DNA from: a virus
Taxonomy: Duplodnaviria > Caudoviricetes
Reading direction: 5' to 3' (one strand)
DNA length: 58,227 nt
Virus record (IMG/VR): IMGVR_UViG_3300017716_002607
Span: 1 to 58,227 of that record
A program made the position numbers and the translations under genes. The notes beneath the pieces were generated by a model, which worked only from the letters and a program-made list of their open reading frames with translations, made no database searches and was not told the DNA's origin. Within the stretch, counting starts at the first letter, position 1; each line of letters opens with the position of its first letter. This document shows positions 55,208 to 58,227 of the stretch, in pieces.

Positions 55208-55839
55208 CCTTCTATATTTTCTTCCATTATTTTAAATAACAACTTTCTTGCTCTATCTTGATTTATGTGTGCAATGTTCATTGCAATGATTCTTTTCATT
55301 TCAGATTCATCTCTACCATCTAGAGTAATTGGCCCTTCACCTTTTAAAACTCTTTTATAAATTAAAGGATATTTAGCGAAGTACTCATCATAGTTTTCCC
55401 ATACCTCTTCTGAGTTATATAAAGAATTTCCTGTACCATCATCACAAGGTGTCCACCATACTCGATCTTTATGATAGTCCATATATTCCATTTGGTAATC
55501 GTCTTCTTGTACTTTTTCAATCAACTTAACACATAGTCTCATTCTACGAGCATCTTGTTGTGCTCTTGTATGAAAATCTCTACGTCCAATGTAATCAGCT
55601 TGGGATTTTAGTTTATGTTTTAGAATGTCAAAGATGTAACCACTATCCCAATTTCTATCTTTCCATATAATTGGTAACCAATAAATAAGGTTTTGAATAC
55701 CCCATTTAATATCCTTATGATAATATCTAGCTTCATGTTCCCACCACAGCCATATTCTTCTAAAGAAATTTGGTCTTGGTCTGTTTTTTAAGTCTTCGAA
55801 AAAATCTTCCATATTATTTATTTTATACTGTATGTTCAA
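55195..55839 (-). CDS. hypothetical phage protein
   Basis: IWKDRNWD...WWD; start may be MEDFF. Confidence 0.7.
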   Translation of the reverse strand: MNIQYKINNMEDFFEDLKNRPRPNFFRRIWLWWEHEARYYHKDIKWGIQNLIYWLPIIWKDRNWDSGYIFDILKHKLKSQADYIGRRDFHTRAQQDARRMRLCVKLIEKVQEDDYQMEYMDYHKDRVWWTPCDDGTGNSLYNSEEVWENYDEYFAKYPLIYKRVLKGEGPITLDGRDESEMKRIIAMNIAHINQDRARKLLFKIMEENIEGWWD

Positions 55840-56230
55840 TTTGTACTCTTACACAATTCTGAGGTAATCTGTGGATGTGTCTGTAGTTGTTTATATACCC
55901 CATCATATTTGCACTACCAACTGCATTTGCAGAATGTATTATAACATCAACAACAGGAGCTCCATCAAGCCATTGCTCCACCAACCATTTAGTGCAATCC
56001 ATTCCAGTTTTCTCTTCAATATTATCATAATTCAATTCGTAATTGTGATACACGTTTGAGTGCCATTCAGCCATTGCTGAAGGTCCTAAATCATGATCTA
56101 ATGAAATTATATCAATGTTTTCTAAACCATAGTAAGTAACTTGATCTACAAATTGTTCGTAGTTTCTAACTACTTTCCAAGTTGGGTCAACTGGTGTTCT
56201 TACGTCGTCTAAATATATTTTATGTTTCAT
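55823..56230 (-). CDS. cyclic-phosphate-processing receiver-like domain protein
   Basis: YLDDVR, ISLDHDLG, TG.D..KWL, HSAN..G. Confidence 0.75.
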   Translation of the reverse strand: MKHKIYLDDVRTPVDPTWKVVRNYEQFVDQVTYYGLENIDIISLDHDLGPSAMAEWHSNVYHNYELNYDNIEEKTGMDCTKWLVEQWLDGAPVVDVIIHSANAVGSANMMGYINNYRHIHRLPQNCVRVQIEHTV

Positions 56231-56244
56231 AACTTATTTATTTT

Positions 56245-56808
56245 TTAATTAAACTTACTTTTTAAGTCTTGTTTACTAATAATTTGTTTTAATCTCTGAA
56301 CATATGTTGGATCCTCAGCATAGTTCTGTCTTAAGTATTCAAAATACTCTCCTTCAGTTTTAATACTTCTTAAGTAAGATGAATAGTACAAAGCATAATC
56401 AATAACTGATTCTTGCCATGTATCATAATAGGCATGACCTCTATTTGTTCCTTTTGCTAAATTAGCTCTTAACTTAGCTTCCTTCATACCAAACATGTTG
56501 TTGTTCTCTAGAAAGATAGTTGATTTAAAATGCCCTGATTCTAATTTAGCTTGTGCTAAAATGATGTGCGGGTATCTAAAATTTAACTCTGTAATCTTTT
56601 CAATTAACTTATTTTCTGAGAACTCATTATATTCTCTAATTACAATTAATTTATCTTCTTGAGATAAATTCTGTACTTCATTAGCTGGATTAGATGTAAA
56701 TCCAAATACTAATAGTAATCCTACTGCTGCTCCTAATCCCATTAATGTTTTATTAGTTACATTAACTTTTTCAGGTAACAATGTTTCTTCATTAAATTTG
56801 TAATACAT
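56245..56808 (-). CDS. GH73 glucosaminidase-like cell-wall hydrolase with N-terminal TM
   Basis: AQAKLESG, NNMFGMK, YAEDPTY. Confidence 0.8.
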   Translation of the reverse strand: MYYKFNEETLLPEKVNVTNKTLMGLGAAVGLLLVFGFTSNPANEVQNLSQEDKLIVIREYNEFSENKLIEKITELNFRYPHIILAQAKLESGHFKSTIFLENNNMFGMKEAKLRANLAKGTNRGHAYYDTWQESVIDYALYYSSYLRSIKTEGEYFEYLRQNYAEDPTYVQRLKQIISKQDLKSKFN

Positions 56809-56881
56809 AACCTTTGATTTTATAATTAAGGCCTAAAGATATAAAAAGAGGCTCAGAAAACCAAGCCTCTAATCAATTATT

Positions 56882-58009
56882 TTAATGAGAATCTCCTACA
56901 TCATTCTTCTCTCCGTAGATCAAATAGTCTGGATTGATTACTTTGGCTACTTTTTGACGTTCACCTGTGTAGTATTTTATTACAATCCCTTCATGTGGTA
57001 CTTTAGTTCCTTCAATGAAGTTGTTAAATGTAAATTTATCTTGGATTTCTTGTGTCCAATCTCCGTAATGTAAAATCTCTACATAAGGTAATTTTAAATG
57101 GTCTTTAACTAAATTCCAAGCATCATATGTACTTAAATATTCACCTCTAAGCTTCACATCAAATCCGGCAAACTCAATTTCAGTTAAACCATAGTCATAG
57201 TTTTTCTGAATACCTGCTCCATAAATTTCTCCATACAAAATAATACCTTCACCTACTTCAACATTTCTGTTTTTAATATAACTCCAAAGTTTTTCTTTGA
57301 TGTCATATTTTTCAGCTACTGTTCTCCAAACATCAGTTGAATAGAATCCTTGAGAGTCACTTCCTTTTTCACAGTTATGAGATCCATAAATGTATTCATA
57401 GTCAATCCACTTATCGGCTAGTCTAAAGAATTTTTTTACTTTATCCCAGAATGACAATTTAGATTTCTTTACAATACCATATCTAGCATTTGTACCATGA
57501 ACCTTTCTAGTAATTTCTACTAAATCTTCTTCAGTAAACATTCCATCAACGTTTTTAAGGTTTGGGAATTTGTAATAGATATGAAAGTTCTGATTGTCTC
57601 TCCATTTAATCTTTCTACCTGAAGCAAGTTGAATTTGTTTAACTGGTGGTTCGTATTTTACAATACCAAATTTTTCCATCATGTCATCTCCATCCTGGTA
57701 TCTGTCTCCATATCCTGGAATGTATTTAGTTGGAATGATTAAACATTCAGAATAAACTCCTCTTAATTTTACAGTTCTTACTCTGCCTCCTTTTCTTAGG
57801 TAAGAAGTAACTCCCATTTTTTCAGAGAATGCTTCTGGTATAACTGCATCAGTTGTTGCAATGACAGTTAAGTCACCTTCTTTAAATTCTCCTTTTTTAG
57901 TAATAGCATTCCATCCTCCAACAACTACTTGTTCAATGTTGTCAGCTCCTTCGATTGCTTTTACTTCTTTGATTGTTGCTATAAAGCAAACACTATTTTG
58001 ATTTTCCAT
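56882..58009 (-). CDS. RNA ligase (DRB0094/Rnl5-like, N-terminal OB domain)
   Basis: IEGADNIE, KLRGVYSE, KVHGTN, YGEIYG, FDV, EGIV, KVIN. Confidence 0.9.
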   Translation of the reverse strand: MENQNSVCFIATIKEVKAIEGADNIEQVVVGGWNAITKKGEFKEGDLTVIATTDAVIPEAFSEKMGVTSYLRKGGRVRTVKLRGVYSECLIIPTKYIPGYGDRYQDGDDMMEKFGIVKYEPPVKQIQLASGRKIKWRDNQNFHIYYKFPNLKNVDGMFTEEDLVEITRKVHGTNARYGIVKKSKLSFWDKVKKFFRLADKWIDYEYIYGSHNCEKGSDSQGFYSTDVWRTVAEKYDIKEKLWSYIKNRNVEVGEGIILYGEIYGAGIQKNYDYGLTEIEFAGFDVKLRGEYLSTYDAWNLVKDHLKLPYVEILHYGDWTQEIQDKFTFNNFIEGTKVPHEGIVIKYYTGERQKVAKVINPDYLIYGEKNDVGDSH

Positions 58010-58226
58010 CTTTATGTTCTTTAATTGCTTTTTTAATTAATTCCATTTTTTCGTCATTCCAGATTTGTTCAGGAGTGATTTCTTTTATTGGGAGTAGTTG
58101 TACCTCGAATCTATTTTTCATTTGTACTAATTTTTCTTCTGGTACTCCATGCTCGTTTACTCCTCCATGTCTATTTTCTACAATCAAAGAATAAACTCTG
58201 TATCCGTATTTTTCTGCTAGATCATA
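57993..58226 (-). CDS. 3' end of P-loop polynucleotide-kinase-like protein (partial)
   Basis: Frame open to window edge; ENRHGG.NEHGVPEE...MKNRFE. Confidence 0.6.
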   Translation of the reverse strand, partial: YDLAEKYGYRVYSLIVENRHGGVNEHGVPEEKLVQMKNRFEVQLLPIKEITPEQIWNDEKMELIKKAIKEHKDGKSK

Positions 58227-58227
58227 G

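Noticed and set aside
1657-57073. All + strand ORFs in the supplied track
   Set aside because: They are antisense shadows of well-supported minus-strand genes or lie in repeat-rich noncoding DNA, with no promoter or leader signals
1-58227. Stop-codon reassignment as in some large phages
   Set aside because: Genes are intact and densely packed in code 11; TAG and TGA both act as stops at plausible gene ends
1-58227. tRNA/rRNA genes, integrase, transposase
   Set aside because: None recognised by eye; a tRNAscan/Infernal run would be needed to exclude RNA genes formally

Overview
A 58 kb fragment of a large, AT-rich lytic myovirus with a T4-like baseplate. Essentially all genes are on the minus strand and read in the standard genetic code. 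The host is probably a Bacteroidota member, inferred from TTGG/TTTG-spacer-TAnnTTTA promoters and A-rich leaders without Shine-Dalgarno sites. Layout: (1) 0.1-14.7 kb and 35.5-38.1 kb, many proteins sharing four short N-terminal leader families ending in Glu, fused to variable cargo (ART-like, exonuclease, nucleotidase); (2) 14.7-17 kb, nuclease, primase, endonuclease; (3) 17-33.7 kb, tail and baseplate genes, including Thr/Ser/Pro-repeat proteins; (4) 34.1-34.9 kb, a gp55-like sigma factor; (5) 39.8-47.4 kb, an island of promoter-gene-terminator cassettes bounded by GC-rich, G-quadruplex-like and iteron-like noncoding elements; (6) 47.4-58.2 kb, early/middle genes with DNA ligase and an RNA-repair cluster. 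The main discovery is in region 5, where individual cassettes are purged of different short motifs. One 628-nt unit (40503-41130) has no G at all on the + strand and encodes a very acidic protein. A 1.86 kb block contains only one GC dinucleotide. Two genes nearly lack AAA in their mRNA. I interpret this as a candidate anti-defence arsenal in which each gene is written to escape a different sequence-specific host defence; that interpretation is inference. All counts were made by eye and family calls come from motif recognition, not database searches.
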